Shown here piece after piece: positions 53,752 to 63,574 of a stretch of DNA of 64,000 nucleotides. The DNA is from Betaproteobacteria bacterium HGW-Betaproteobacteria-3 (GTDB taxonomy: Bacteria; Pseudomonadota; Gammaproteobacteria; Burkholderiales; Burkholderiaceae_C): contig PHCI01000010.1 in NCBI GenBank assembly GCA_002842205.1, forward strand, positions 28,460-92,459, read 5' to 3'. The notes below the pieces were generated by a model, which was not told the origin of the DNA, did no database searches, and saw only the letters and a program-made list of their open reading frames with translations. The position numbers and the translations under genes were made by a program. Numbering within the stretch: the stretch's first letter is position 1; each line of letters opens with the position of its first letter.

Positions 53752-54870
53752 ATGAAAACAAAAGCCGCCGTCGCCTGGAAAGCAGGCGCCCCCCTGACCA
53801 TCGAAACCGTGGACCTGGAAGGCCCGCGCCACGGAGAAGTGTTGGTCGAGATCAAGGCCACGGGCATCTGCCACACCGACTACTACACCTTGTCGGGCGC
53901 CGACCCGGAAGGCCTGTTCCCCGCCATCCTGGGCCACGAAGGCGCCGGCGTGGTGGTCGATGTGGGGCCGGGCGTGACCACGCTGCAAAAGGGCGATCAC
54001 GTGATCCCGCTCTACACCCCCGAATGCCGCAGCTGCAAGTTTTGCCTGTCACGCAAGACCAACCTGTGCCAACTGATCCGCGGCACCCAGGGCAAGGGTT
54101 TGATGCCCGACGCCACCAGCCGCTTCAGCCTGAACGGCCAGCCCATCCTGCATTACATGGGCACCTCCACTTTCAGCAACCACACGGTGGTGCCCGAAAT
54201 CGCCCTGGCCAAGATCCGCAAGGACGCGCCGTTTGACAAGGTCTGCTACATCGGCTGCGGCGTCACCACCGGCATCGGCGCGGTGCTGTTCACGGCCAAG
54301 GTCGAGGCGGGCGCCAATGTGGTGGTGTTCGGCCTGGGTGGCATCGGGCTGAACGTGATCCAGGGCGCGAAGATGGTGGGGGCCGACAAGATCATCGGCG
54401 TCGACCTGAACCCCGCGCGCGAAGCGATGGCACGCAGCTTTGGCATGACGCACTTCCTCAACCCGAAAGACATTGAGGCGGCGGGCGGCAACATCGTGGA
54501 CGCCATCGTGCAACTGACCGATGGCGGCGCCGACTACAGCTTCGAGTGCATCGGCAACACCCGGGTCATGCGCCAGGCGCTGGAGTGCACACACAAGGGC
54601 TGGGGCCGCAGCATCATCATCGGCGTGGCCGAGGCCGGTGCTGAAATTTCCACGCGCCCGTTCCAGCTGGTCACCGGCCGCAAATGGGAAGGTTCGGCCT
54701 TCGGCGGCGCACGCGGCCGTACCGACGTGCCCAAGATCGTGGACTGGTACATGGAAGGCAGGATCAACATCGACAGCCTGATCACGCACACCATGCCGCT
54801 GGAAGACATCAACCAGGGCTTTGACCTGATGAAGCGCGGCGAGTCGATTCGCGGCGTGGTGGTGTACTGA
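53752..54870 (+). CDS. frmA: S-(hydroxymethyl)glutathione dehydrogenase / class III ADH
   Basis: GICHTD, GHEGAG, Zn-binding Cys cluster, TRPFQLVTGR. Confidence 0.96.
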   Translation: MKTKAAVAWKAGAPLTIETVDLEGPRHGEVLVEIKATGICHTDYYTLSGADPEGLFPAILGHEGAGVVVDVGPGVTTLQKGDHVIPLYTPECRSCKFCLSRKTNLCQLIRGTQGKGLMPDATSRFSLNGQPILHYMGTSTFSNHTVVPEIALAKIRKDAPFDKVCYIGCGVTTGIGAVLFTAKVEAGANVVVFGLGGIGLNVIQGAKMVGADKIIGVDLNPAREAMARSFGMTHFLNPKDIEAAGGNIVDAIVQLTDGGADYSFECIGNTRVMRQALECTHKGWGRSIIIGVAEAGAEISTRPFQLVTGRKWEGSAFGGARGRTDVPKIVDWYMEGRINIDSLITHTMPLEDINQGFDLMKRGESIRGVVVY

Positions 54871-54874
54871 AAGC

Positions 54875-55807
54875 GTGACGACCCTCGCCCGGATGGAACC
54901 CCTGAAGCACGTCCGCGCTGGCGTGCTCGACGTGGCGTACTTCGAGGCCGGCCCCGCCGACGGCCCGCCCGTGCTCTTGATGCATGGTTTCCCCTACGAC
55001 GTCCACACCTACGCCGGGGTGGCGCCGATCCTGGCCGCCCGCGGCTGCCGCGTGATCGTGCCGTACCTGCGCGGGTTTGGCCCCACGCGCTTCGTCGACG
55101 CCGCCACGCCGCGCTCGGGCGAGCAGGCGGCGCTGGGCGCCGACCTGCTCGCGCTGCTGGACGCGCTGGCCATCCCCCGCGCGGTGCTGGCCGGCTACGA
55201 CTGGGGCGGACGCGCCGCCTGCGTGGTGGCGGCGCTGTGGCCCGAACGCTGTGCGGGGCTGGTCTCTTTCAACAGCTACAACGTCCAGAACATCGCCCGG
55301 GCCATGGTGCCCGAGGTGCCGGAAAACGAGCACCGCCTCTGGTACCAGTACTATTTTCACAGCGAGCGCGGCCGGGCCGGGTTGGCGGCCGACCGGCGCG
55401 GCATCTGCAAGTTGTTGTGGAAGCTGTGGTCGCCCACTTGGGCGTTTGACGACGCCACCTTCGAGCGCAGCGCAGCCGCGTTCGACAACCCCGACTTTGT
55501 GGACGTCGTGATCCAGTCGTACCGCCACCGCTTCGGCCTGGCGGCGGGCGACCCGGCGTATGCCGGCATCGAGGCGCGTCTGGCCGCACAACCGGCCATC
55601 ACCGTCCCGGCGATCACCTTTGATGGCGAAGACGACGGCGTTCGTCCGCCAGCCGATGCCAGTGCCCATGCCCGGCAGTTCAGCGGGCCACGCACGCACC
55701 GGCGGGTTCCGGGTGTCGGCCACAACATGCCCCAGGAAGTACCGCAGGTCTTCGCCGATGCGGTGCTCGAACTCGTGGCTTCCCCTCCACCTGCACCTGC
55801 ACCATGA
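54875..55807 (+). CDS. Alpha/beta hydrolase (epoxide hydrolase-like)
   Basis: HGFP, GYDWGG nucleophile elbow, WYQYYF, GHNMPQE. Confidence 0.88.
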   Translation: MTTLARMEPLKHVRAGVLDVAYFEAGPADGPPVLLMHGFPYDVHTYAGVAPILAARGCRVIVPYLRGFGPTRFVDAATPRSGEQAALGADLLALLDALAIPRAVLAGYDWGGRAACVVAALWPERCAGLVSFNSYNVQNIARAMVPEVPENEHRLWYQYYFHSERGRAGLAADRRGICKLLWKLWSPTWAFDDATFERSAAAFDNPDFVDVVIQSYRHRFGLAAGDPAYAGIEARLAAQPAITVPAITFDGEDDGVRPPADASAHARQFSGPRTHRRVPGVGHNMPQEVPQVFADAVLELVASPPPAPAP

Positions 55808-56661
55808 CATCCCCCATGCAAACCCTTTCGGAACACCGCTGCTTTGGCGGCGTCCAGCGCTTTTTGTCGCACGACGCCCATGAGATCGGTCTGCCCATGC
55901 GCTTCTCGGTCTTTCTGCCGCCACAGGCCGAACACGGCAAGGTGCCCGCCCTGCTGTACCTTGCCGGCCTGACCTGCACCGAAGAAACCTTCATGATCAA
56001 GGCCGGCGCGCAGCGCCTGGCGGCCGAACTCGGCATCGCCTTGATTGCGCCGGACACCAGCCCGCGCGGCGCCAGGATTCCCGGCGAAGGCGACAGCTGG
56101 GACTTCGGCCTGGCCGCCGGCTTTTATCTCGACGCCACCCAGCCCCCGTGGGCCAGCCACTACCGCATGGAAAGCTGGCTGCTCCACGAGCTGCTGCCAC
56201 TGGTGGGCGACGCTTTCCCGGTGGACCTGACGCGGCTGGGCATCTTTGGCCATTCGATGGGCGGCCACGGCGCCCTGACGCTGGCGCTGCGGCACCCGGG
56301 CATGTTCAAGTCGGTGTCGGCCTTTGCCCCCATCTGTGCGCCCTCCGAATGTCCGTGGGGCCACAAGGCGTTCACAGGCTATCTGGGTCCGGACCGGGCG
56401 GAATGGTTGCAGCACGACGCCAGTGCCCTGATGCGCGGCCAGGCGGCGGCACCTTACCCGCAAGGCATTCTCGTCGACCAGGGCCTGGCCGATTCGTTCC
56501 TCGAGGTGCAACTGTTGCCGCATCGGCTGGAGGCCGCCTGCGCCGCGATCGGCCAACCGCTCACCCTGCGGCGCCACGCCGGCTACGACCACGGCTACTA
56601 CTTCATCAGCACGTTCATGGCCGACCACATGGCCCACCACCACCGGCAACTCGCCGGCTGA
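55804..56661 (+). CDS. fghA: S-formylglutathione hydrolase
   Basis: LAGLTC, GHSMGGHGAL, YDHGYYF. Confidence 0.95.
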   Translation: MTSPMQTLSEHRCFGGVQRFLSHDAHEIGLPMRFSVFLPPQAEHGKVPALLYLAGLTCTEETFMIKAGAQRLAAELGIALIAPDTSPRGARIPGEGDSWDFGLAAGFYLDATQPPWASHYRMESWLLHELLPLVGDAFPVDLTRLGIFGHSMGGHGALTLALRHPGMFKSVSAFAPICAPSECPWGHKAFTGYLGPDRAEWLQHDASALMRGQAAAPYPQGILVDQGLADSFLEVQLLPHRLEAACAAIGQPLTLRRHAGYDHGYYFISTFMADHMAHHHRQLAG

Positions 56662-56720
56662 ATCGCCTTGCAGAACGCACCTTCCGCAAGGCACGCACCG
56701 CGCAGGCGACAATCGCGCCC

Positions 56721-58406
56721 ATGTCACTGAAACTGTTCCACACCACCGGATTCGCCACCCAGCCGCTGGCCCCGGTGCCCACCGGGCGTGCCGGTCTGCG
56801 GCCGTTGTGGCTAATGGTGCTCACCAGTCTCTGGGTGGCCACGGCGTGCAACCTGGCGTTGTGGCGCGCATTGCATCAGCTGCACACGCTGGACACTCCG
56901 CGCGGTCTGCTGTTTGGGGCGGGCTTCGGGATCATGATCGCGGCGCTGACCTGCGCCCTGCTGAGCCTGCTGGCGTGGCGCTGGACGCTCAAGCCGGCCA
57001 TCACGCTGCTGTTGCTTGCGGCCGCCAGTGGCAGCCATTTCATGTGGGCCTACGGCGCGGTCATCGACAGTTCGATGATGGTCAACGTCATGCAGACGGA
57101 CGCGCGGGAGGTGCGCGACCTCTTGAGCTGGCAGTTGCTGGCCAGCGTGCTGGTGCTGGCCGTGGCACCGCTGATCTGGGTCTGGCGGCAACCGCTGGCT
57201 TACGGTGGCGGCTGGCGTCGACTGATCTCGAATTTTTCTATTTTCATAGCAAGCTTTGTTTTATTGGCAGGGGTTACAGCCATTATTTATAAAGATTTTT
57301 CATCGGTCATGCGCAACCACACCCAGGTGCGCTACCTCATCAACCCGCTGAATTCGTTGTATTCGCTGGGGGTGATCGCCACCAAACCGCTACGGCGCGA
57401 CACCTCGGTGCGCCTGCCCATCGGGCAGGACGCCCGCTTGGGCGCCCCACGCGGCGATGCCAGCCGCCCGCCGCTGCTGGTGCTGGTGCTCGGCGAAACC
57501 GCGCGCAGCGCCAGCTTCGGCATCAACGGCTATGACCGGCCCACCACGCCCGCGCTGGCGAAGCAGAACATTGTGAGTTTCCAGAACGCCTGGTCCTGTG
57601 GCACCAACACGGCCGCGTCCGTGCCGTGCATGTTTGCCCATCTCGACAAGGAAGGGTATGAATCGCGTCGGTCAGAGTTTGAGAGTCTGATCGACGTGCT
57701 GGCGCGCGCGGGCCTGGCGGTGCTGTGGATCGACAACCAGTCCGGCTGCAAGGGCGTGTGCGAGCGGGTTGCAAACGTCATCACCTCCACGCTCAAGGAC
57801 CCCGAACTGTGCGCCGATGGCGAGTGTTTTGACGAGATCATGCTGCGCGGGATTGACCAGCGCATGGCCGCATTGCCTGCGGAGCGCCGGGCGCGCGGCG
57901 TTGTGGTGGTCATGCACCAGATGGGCAGTCACGGCCCGGCCTATTTCCGGCGCAGCCCGGCGGCCTTCAAGAAATTCATGCCCGAATGCGCCACCAATGC
58001 GCTGCAGAACTGCCCGCGTGAACAGGTCGTCAACGCCTACGACAACACCATCCTGTACACCGACCACTTCCTGTCCTCGGTCATCGACTGGCTCAAGACG
58101 CAGGAGAAATCAACCGCACCGGCGCTGATGTACGTGTCAGACCATGGCGAGTCGCTGGGCGAGAACAACATCTACCTGCACAGCCTGCCCTACGCCATTG
58201 CACCCGATGTCCAGAAGCAGGTGCCGTGGATCACCTGGTTTTCAGCCCGCTTCGAGCAGCGCACGGGCATCACCACGGCCTGCCTGAAGCAGCGCGCCGC
58301 CACGCGCATCACCCACGACCATTACTTTCATTCGGTGCTGGGCCTGCTGGGAGTGCAGACAGACCTCTACGACCCGGCCAGGGACATCACCGCACATTGC
58401 GGCTGA
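56721..58406 (+). CDS. eptA: Lipid A phosphoethanolamine transferase (EptA family)
   Basis: N-terminal TM domain, VLGETAR, SCGTNTAASVPCMF, MGSHGP, YDNTI, SDHGESLGE. Confidence 0.92.
   Translation: MSLKLFHTTGFATQPLAPVPTGRAGLRPLWLMVLTSLWVATACNLALWRALHQLHTLDTPRGLLFGAGFGIMIAALTCALLSLLAWRWTLKPAITLLLLAAASGSHFMWAYGAVIDSSMMVNVMQTDAREVRDLLSWQLLASVLVLAVAPLIWVWRQPLAYGGGWRRLISNFSIFIASFVLLAGVTAIIYKDFSSVMRNHTQVRYLINPLNSLYSLGVIATKPLRRDTSVRLPIGQDARLGAPRGDASRPPLLVLVLGETARSASFGINGYDRPTTPALAKQNIVSFQNAWSCGTNTAASVPCMFAHLDKEGYESRRSEFESLIDVLARAGLAVLWIDNQSGCKGVCERVANVITSTLKDPELCADGECFDEIMLRGIDQRMAALPAERRARGVVVVMHQMGSHGPAYFRRSPAAFKKFMPECATNALQNCPREQVVNAYDNTILYTDHFLSSVIDWLKTQEKSTAPALMYVSDHGESLGENNIYLHSLPYAIAPDVQKQVPWITWFSARFEQRTGITTACLKQRAATRITHDHYFHSVLGLLGVQTDLYDPARDITAHCG
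57237..57300 (+). repeat. Dispersed element, copy 10 (fully inside eptA coding sequence)
   Basis: TCTA ttttca TAGC aagctttgtttta TTGGCAGGGGTT acagccattatttataaagatt; abrupt AT-rich island within a GC-rich CDS. Confidence 0.7.
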
Positions 58407-58448
58407 ACACCCACCCGCCCCGTACGCGCGGCGCCGCATGGGCTGGGC

Positions 58449-59555
58449 TTACGCGTCGCCGAACAGGCTGCCCTGGCCTTGCAGGCGCGAGGCGTCAAAC
58501 CGCGACAGGTCCAGCGCCACGCGCTGGCGGTGGTAGCCCAGGCGCACGCAGGTTTTCTCGAACCGCTGGCGAATCAGGTCGGCCCACAGGCCCTGGCCTT
58601 TCATGCGGGTGGCGAAATCGGCCTGGTAGTCTTGCCCGCCCCGCATCTCCTGCACCCGCGCCATGACGCGGGCGGCGCGCCCCGGGTAATGCAGCGCCAG
58701 CCATTCGCGGAACAGGGGCGCCAGCTCAAACGGCAGCCGCAGCACGGTGTAGAAGGCCGACCGGGCCCCGGCCGCCCAGGCCGCTTCGAGCACCTGCTCC
58801 ATGTCGTCGTTGATGAACGGGATTTGCGGCGCCACGCTCACCCCCACGGGCACGCCCGCCTGCGCCAATGTGGCCAGCGTGCGCAGGCGCCGCGCCGGTG
58901 AGGCCGCACGGGGTTCCATGCGGCGTGCCAGCGCGGCGTCCAGCGTGGTGATGGTGACGTACACCGCCGCCAGGCCCTGCGCGGCCATGGGCCCGATCAG
59001 GTCCAGGTCGCGCTCGACGCCGCTGCCCTTGGTGATCAGTGAAAACGGATGCCGACAGGCCTGCAGCACACCGATCACCCCGCGCGTGAGGCCCAGCTCG
59101 CGCTCGACGGGCTGGTAGGCGTCGGTGACCGAACCGATGTTGAGCAGGGCCGGGCGATACCGCGGCGCACCCAGCTCAGCCCGCAGCACTTCCACAATGT
59201 TTTGCTTGGCGATGATTTGGGTCTCGAAGTCCAGCCCCGGGGACAGGTTCAGGTAGCTGTGGGTTGGCCGCGCATAACAGTAGCTGCAACCGTGCTCGCA
59301 GCCGCGGTAGGGGTTGATCGACAGCTCGAACGCGATGTCGGGCGAATCGTTGCGTGAAATGACCGACTTCACCGTTTCAAAAAAGACCCGGGTTGGCGGC
59401 GGACGGCTTTCACCGGTCTCGCCATCGGACGGCGGCCAGCCATCGTCAAAAGCGGTCCGCGCCTCGGTGGAAAACCGGTGCGCCAGGGCCGTGGCTGCGC
59501 CGCGGCCCTTGATGGCGGCCACCGGAACCCGGTGCACGGCAGACGGTGTTGGCAT
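58449..59555 (-). CDS. PA0069/Rv2578c-family radical SAM protein (SplB-like)
   Basis: KGRGA, INPYRGCEHGCSYCYARP, TDAYQP, MEPRA. Confidence 0.92.
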   Translation of the reverse strand: MPTPSAVHRVPVAAIKGRGAATALAHRFSTEARTAFDDGWPPSDGETGESRPPPTRVFFETVKSVISRNDSPDIAFELSINPYRGCEHGCSYCYARPTHSYLNLSPGLDFETQIIAKQNIVEVLRAELGAPRYRPALLNIGSVTDAYQPVERELGLTRGVIGVLQACRHPFSLITKGSGVERDLDLIGPMAAQGLAAVYVTITTLDAALARRMEPRAASPARRLRTLATLAQAGVPVGVSVAPQIPFINDDMEQVLEAAWAAGARSAFYTVLRLPFELAPLFREWLALHYPGRAARVMARVQEMRGGQDYQADFATRMKGQGLWADLIRQRFEKTCVRLGYHRQRVALDLSRFDASRLQGQGSLFGDA

Positions 59556-59571
59556 GGTTTACCTTGGCAAG

Positions 59572-59593
59572 ATACTGATTAAAACCACAGTAT
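59572..59593. promoter_or_regulatory. LexA (SOS) box
   Basis: ATACTG-attaaaacca-CAGTAT (CTG-N10-CAG), ~17 bp upstream of the radical SAM start. Confidence 0.8.
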
Positions 59594-59690
59594 ATGCCTC
59601 CACCCCCGCAGACGGCCCCGCCCCTGAGCCGCTGCCCGGCGTCACCGGCCGCCGTCAACCCCGCGCGCCGTCTCCGTCTAGGCCCCGCGT

Positions 59691-60659
59691 TCAGGCGATG
59701 TGGACCGCCATCAGACGCTCGCGCGCTTCGAGGTATTCACGCTTGAGGCGCGCCACCAGATCGGCCGCGCTGACCACTTCGGTGATCGCGCCGATGCCCT
59801 GGCCGCAGCCCCAGATGTCCTTCCAGGCCTTGGCCGAACCGCCGCCGCCGAAATTCATCTTGCTCGGGTCGCTTTGTGGCAGGTTGTCCGGGTCCATGCC
59901 GGCGTTGCGGATGCTGCCCTTGAGGTAGTTGCCGTGAATGCCGGTGTAGAAGTTGCTGTAGACGATGTCGTCCGAATTCGATTCGGCGATCATCTGCTTG
60001 TAGGCGTCCACGGCACGGGCCTCGTGGGTGGCGATGAAGGCCGAGCCGATGTAGGCGAAGTCGGCGCCCATGGCCTGCGCCGCCAGCACCGCGCCACCGC
60101 TGGCAATGGCGCCCGACAGGGCCAGCGGGCCGTCAAACCACTGGCGGATTTCCTGGACCATGGCGAACGGGCTCTTGACGCTGGCGTGGCCGCCGGCACC
60201 GGCCGCCACGGCGATCAGGCCGTCGGCGCCCTTCTCGATGGCCTTGTGCGCAAACACGTTGCTGATGACGTCGTGCATCACCACCCCGCCCCAGGCGTGC
60301 ACGGCCTGGTTCACGTCTTCACGGGCGCCCAGGCTGGTGATGACGATCGGCACCTTGTACTTGGCGCACAGCGCCATGTCGTGCTCCAGCCGGTCGTTGG
60401 ACTTGTGCACGATCTGGTTGATGGCAAACGGCGCGGCCGGGCGATCGGGGTGGGCGCGGTCGTGCGCCGCCAGCGCCTCGGTGATCTCGGCCAGCCATTC
60501 GTCCAGCTGCTCGGCCGGGCGGGCGTTGAGCGCGGGCATCGAGCCCACCACGCCCGCCTTGCATTGCTCGATCAAGAGCTTGGGGTTGCTGATGATGAAC
60601 AGTGGGGAGCCGATGATGGGCAGGGGCAGCTGGTTCAGGGGAGCGGGCAGTCTGGACAT
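59691..60659 (-). CDS. Nitronate monooxygenase / FabK-like flavoprotein
   Basis: PIIGSPL, AGAGGH, LSGAI, GSAFIAT, WGCGQG. Confidence 0.88.
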   Translation of the reverse strand: MSRLPAPLNQLPLPIIGSPLFIISNPKLLIEQCKAGVVGSMPALNARPAEQLDEWLAEITEALAAHDRAHPDRPAAPFAINQIVHKSNDRLEHDMALCAKYKVPIVITSLGAREDVNQAVHAWGGVVMHDVISNVFAHKAIEKGADGLIAVAAGAGGHASVKSPFAMVQEIRQWFDGPLALSGAIASGGAVLAAQAMGADFAYIGSAFIATHEARAVDAYKQMIAESNSDDIVYSNFYTGIHGNYLKGSIRNAGMDPDNLPQSDPSKMNFGGGGSAKAWKDIWGCGQGIGAITEVVSAADLVARLKREYLEARERLMAVHIA

Positions 60660-60682
60660 GGTGTGATTGGGATGAGTGAAGC

Positions 60683-60748
60683 AAAATTTGAATAAAAACA
60701 GGCCTTAGCCCCCGTCAAATCAAACTAGTTTGCTACTTAATTAATAGT
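60683..60748 (-). repeat. Dispersed element, copy 11
   Basis: Minus strand: ACTA ttaattaag TAGC aaactagtttgat TTGACGGGGGCT aaggcctgtttttattcaaatt. Confidence 0.85.
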
Positions 60749-60783
60749 AAACGCATGACCCTACAGAGCCTGCGGCGGCGAAA

Positions 60784-62574
60784 TCAGAACGCCTCCAGCG
60801 CCAGCGCGGTCACGCTGTCGGCGCCCTCGACGATGGCGTCGCGCAGCCCGGGGGTGCGGCTCAGGAGGTGGTCGGCATAAAAGCGCGCCGTGGTGATCTT
60901 GGCCTTCATGAAGGCCACGTCTTCGCCCGCCGCCAACTGGTCTTCGGCCACCATGAGCGCGCGCCCCAGTTGCCAGCCCGCCACCAGATTGCCCGCCAGC
61001 ATGAGGTAAGGCACGCTGCCGGCAAACGCCGCGTTGGGGTTGCTGCGGCTGTTGGCGGCCACAAACTCCACCACGTCGAGGTAGGCTTTGCGCGCGGCCT
61101 GCAGGCGCTGCGCCACGGCCCGGGCGTCGGCGCTGGATCGCGCGCGCAGGGCCTCTTCGGTGGCTTCGACCTGCGCGGCAATGGCCCGCGCCGTCTGGCC
61201 GCCGTCCCGTGCGGTCTTGCGGCCCACCAGGTCATTGGCCTGGATGGCGGTGGTGCCTTCGTAGATGGTCAGGATCTTGGCGTCGCGGTAATACTGGGCG
61301 GCGCCGGTCTCTTCGATGAAACCCATGCCGCCGTGCACCTGCACGCCCAGCGAGGTGACTTCCAGGCTCATCTCGGTGCTGTAACCCTTGACCAGTGGCA
61401 CCATGAATTCATAGAAGGCCTGGTTTTGCTTGCGCACCTCGGCGTCGGGGTGGTGGTGGGCCGCGTCGTAGGCGGCCGCGGCCACCGAGGCCATGGCCCG
61501 GCAGCCCTCGGTGGAGGCCCGCATGGTCATGAGCATGCGCCTGACATCGGGGTGATGGATGATGGGCGCGCTGGCGCTCAGGCTGCCGTCCACCGGTCGG
61601 CTTTGCACGCGGTCTTTGGCGTAGGCCACGGCCTTCTGGTAGGCGCGCTCGGCAATCGCGATGCCCTGCACCCCCACCGCATAGCGGGCAGCGTTCATCA
61701 TGATGAACATGTATTCGAGGCCACGGTTTTCCTGGCCTACCAGGTAACCCACGGCACCCCCATGATCGCCGTACTGCAGCACGGCCGTCGGGCTGGCCTT
61801 GATGCCCAGCTTGTGCTCGATGCTCACGCAGTGCACGTCATTGCGCGCACCCAGGCTGCCGTCGGGGTTGACCATGAATTTGGGCACCACGAACAGGCTG
61901 ATGCCCTTGACGCCCTCGGGCGCACCGGTCACGCGGGCCAGCACCAGGTGGACGATGTTCTCGGCCATGTCGTGCTCACCGTAGGTGATGAAGATCTTGG
62001 TGCCAAACACCTTGTAGGTGCCGTCGGGCTGGGGTTCGGCGCGGGTGCGCACCATGGCGAGATCGCTGCCGGCCTGCGGTTCGGTCAGGTTCATGGTGCC
62101 GGTCCATTTGCCGCTCACCAGGTTTTCCAGATAGTTGGCCTTGAGCGCGTCGGAGCCGGCCGTGAGCAGGGCCTCGATGGCGCCGTCGGTCAGCAGCGGG
62201 CACAGCGCGAAGCTCATGTTGGCGGAGTTGAGCATTTCGCCACAGGCTGCCCCAATGGTCTTGGGCAGACCCTGGCCACCGAAATCCACCGGGTGCTGCA
62301 AACCCTGCCAGCCACCCTCGGCGTACTGGGCAAAAGCCTCCTTGAAGCCCGGCGTGGTGGTCACCACACCGTCCTTGAACGACGACGGGTTCTGGTCGCC
62401 ATCCCAGTTGAGCGGCGCAATCACCCCTTCGTTGAGGCGGGCGCACTCCTCCAGCACGGCCTGCGCCGTGTCGAACCCGGCATCTTCAAACCCCGGGATC
62501 TGCGCGATCCGGTCGATGTCGGCCAGGTGCCGGATGTTGAACAGCATGTCCTTCAAGGGGGCTGCGTAGCTCAT
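60784..62574 (-). CDS. Acyl-CoA dehydrogenase
   Basis: GTMNLTEPQAGSDL, KLGIKASPT, IYEGTTAIQ. Confidence 0.93.
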   Translation of the reverse strand: MSYAAPLKDMLFNIRHLADIDRIAQIPGFEDAGFDTAQAVLEECARLNEGVIAPLNWDGDQNPSSFKDGVVTTTPGFKEAFAQYAEGGWQGLQHPVDFGGQGLPKTIGAACGEMLNSANMSFALCPLLTDGAIEALLTAGSDALKANYLENLVSGKWTGTMNLTEPQAGSDLAMVRTRAEPQPDGTYKVFGTKIFITYGEHDMAENIVHLVLARVTGAPEGVKGISLFVVPKFMVNPDGSLGARNDVHCVSIEHKLGIKASPTAVLQYGDHGGAVGYLVGQENRGLEYMFIMMNAARYAVGVQGIAIAERAYQKAVAYAKDRVQSRPVDGSLSASAPIIHHPDVRRMLMTMRASTEGCRAMASVAAAAYDAAHHHPDAEVRKQNQAFYEFMVPLVKGYSTEMSLEVTSLGVQVHGGMGFIEETGAAQYYRDAKILTIYEGTTAIQANDLVGRKTARDGGQTARAIAAQVEATEEALRARSSADARAVAQRLQAARKAYLDVVEFVAANSRSNPNAAFAGSVPYLMLAGNLVAGWQLGRALMVAEDQLAAGEDVAFMKAKITTARFYADHLLSRTPGLRDAIVEGADSVTALALEAF

Positions 62575-62604
62575 GTCTTGTCTCCACACACTTCAGATAC
62601 AACA

Positions 62605-62626
62605 AGGGCATCGCAAGCGATGCCCT
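62605..62626. other. Intergenic hairpin between etfA and ACAD
   Basis: agggcatcgc-aa-gcgatgccct perfect 10-bp stem. Confidence 0.6.
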
Positions 62627-62640
62627 GTCCGGTGGCACTG

Positions 62641-63573
62641 TTACAGCGCCGCAATCAGTTCGGGGATGGCCACGAACAGGTCGGCCTCCAGCCCGTAGTC
62701 GGCCACGCTGAAGATCGGGGCTTCCGGGTCCTTGTTGATCGCCACGATCACCTTCGAATCCTTCATGCCGGCCAGATGCTGGATCGCGCCCGATATGCCG
62801 CAGGCCACGTAGAGCTGCGGTGCGACGATCTTGCCGGTCTGGCCGACCTGCCAGTCGTTGGGCGCATAGCCCGCGTCCACCGCCGCACGGCTGGCGCCCA
62901 AAGCGGCACCCAGCTTGTCGGCCAGCGGGGTCATGACTTCGTTGAACTTCTCGCTCGAACCCAGGGCACGGCCACCCGAGACGATGATCTTGGCCGCGGT
63001 CAGTTCGGGGCGGTCGTTCCTGGCGATTTCCGAGCCGAGAAACTTGCTTTTGCCGCTGTCGGCCACCGCGCTGGCCACTTCCACCGCGGCGCTGCCGCCG
63101 GTGCTGGCGGCCGGATCAAAGCCCGTGGTGCGCACGGTGATGACGTGCACCGCGTCCAGGCTCTGCACCGTGGCGATGGCGTTGCCCGCGTAGATGGGGC
63201 GCTCGAAGGTGTCGGGCGCATCGACCTTGGTGATGTCGCTGATCTGGCCCACGTCGAGTTTGGCCGCCACGCGCGGGGCGATGTTCTTGCCGCTGGCGGT
63301 GGCCGGGAACAGCAGGTGGCTGTAGCTGGACGCCATGGCCAGCACCTGGGCCGCCACGTTCTCGGCCAGGCCGTGAGCGAAGTATTCGGCATCGGCATGG
63401 ATGACCTTGGTCACGCCCGCAATCCGGGCGGCGGCCGCGGCCGCCGGGCCGGCGTTGTGCCCGGCGATCAGCACGTGCACTTCGCCGCCACAGGCCAGCG
63501 CGGCCGTGACGGTGTTGAAGGTGGCGCCACGGACAGAGGCGTTGTCGTGTTCGGCAATAACGAGTGCTGTCAT
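62641..63573 (-). CDS. etfA: Electron transfer flavoprotein alpha subunit
   Basis: [35 protein letters not shown]. Confidence 0.97.
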   Translation of the reverse strand: MTALVIAEHDNASVRGATFNTVTAALACGGEVHVLIAGHNAGPAAAAAARIAGVTKVIHADAEYFAHGLAENVAAQVLAMASSYSHLLFPATASGKNIAPRVAAKLDVGQISDITKVDAPDTFERPIYAGNAIATVQSLDAVHVITVRTTGFDPAASTGGSAAVEVASAVADSGKSKFLGSEIARNDRPELTAAKIIVSGGRALGSSEKFNEVMTPLADKLGAALGASRAAVDAGYAPNDWQVGQTGKIVAPQLYVACGISGAIQHLAGMKDSKVIVAINKDPEAPIFSVADYGLEADLFVAIPELIAAL

Positions 63574-63574
63574 G

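Noticed and set aside
56148..56720. N-terminal extension of the 752-aa eptA ORF
   Set aside because: It overlaps fghA in another frame; the plausible start is ATG 56721.
56721..58406. Mobile colistin resistance (mcr) gene
   Set aside because: Host-like GC content, chromosomal housekeeping context and no IS flanks; best called an intrinsic EptA-family gene.
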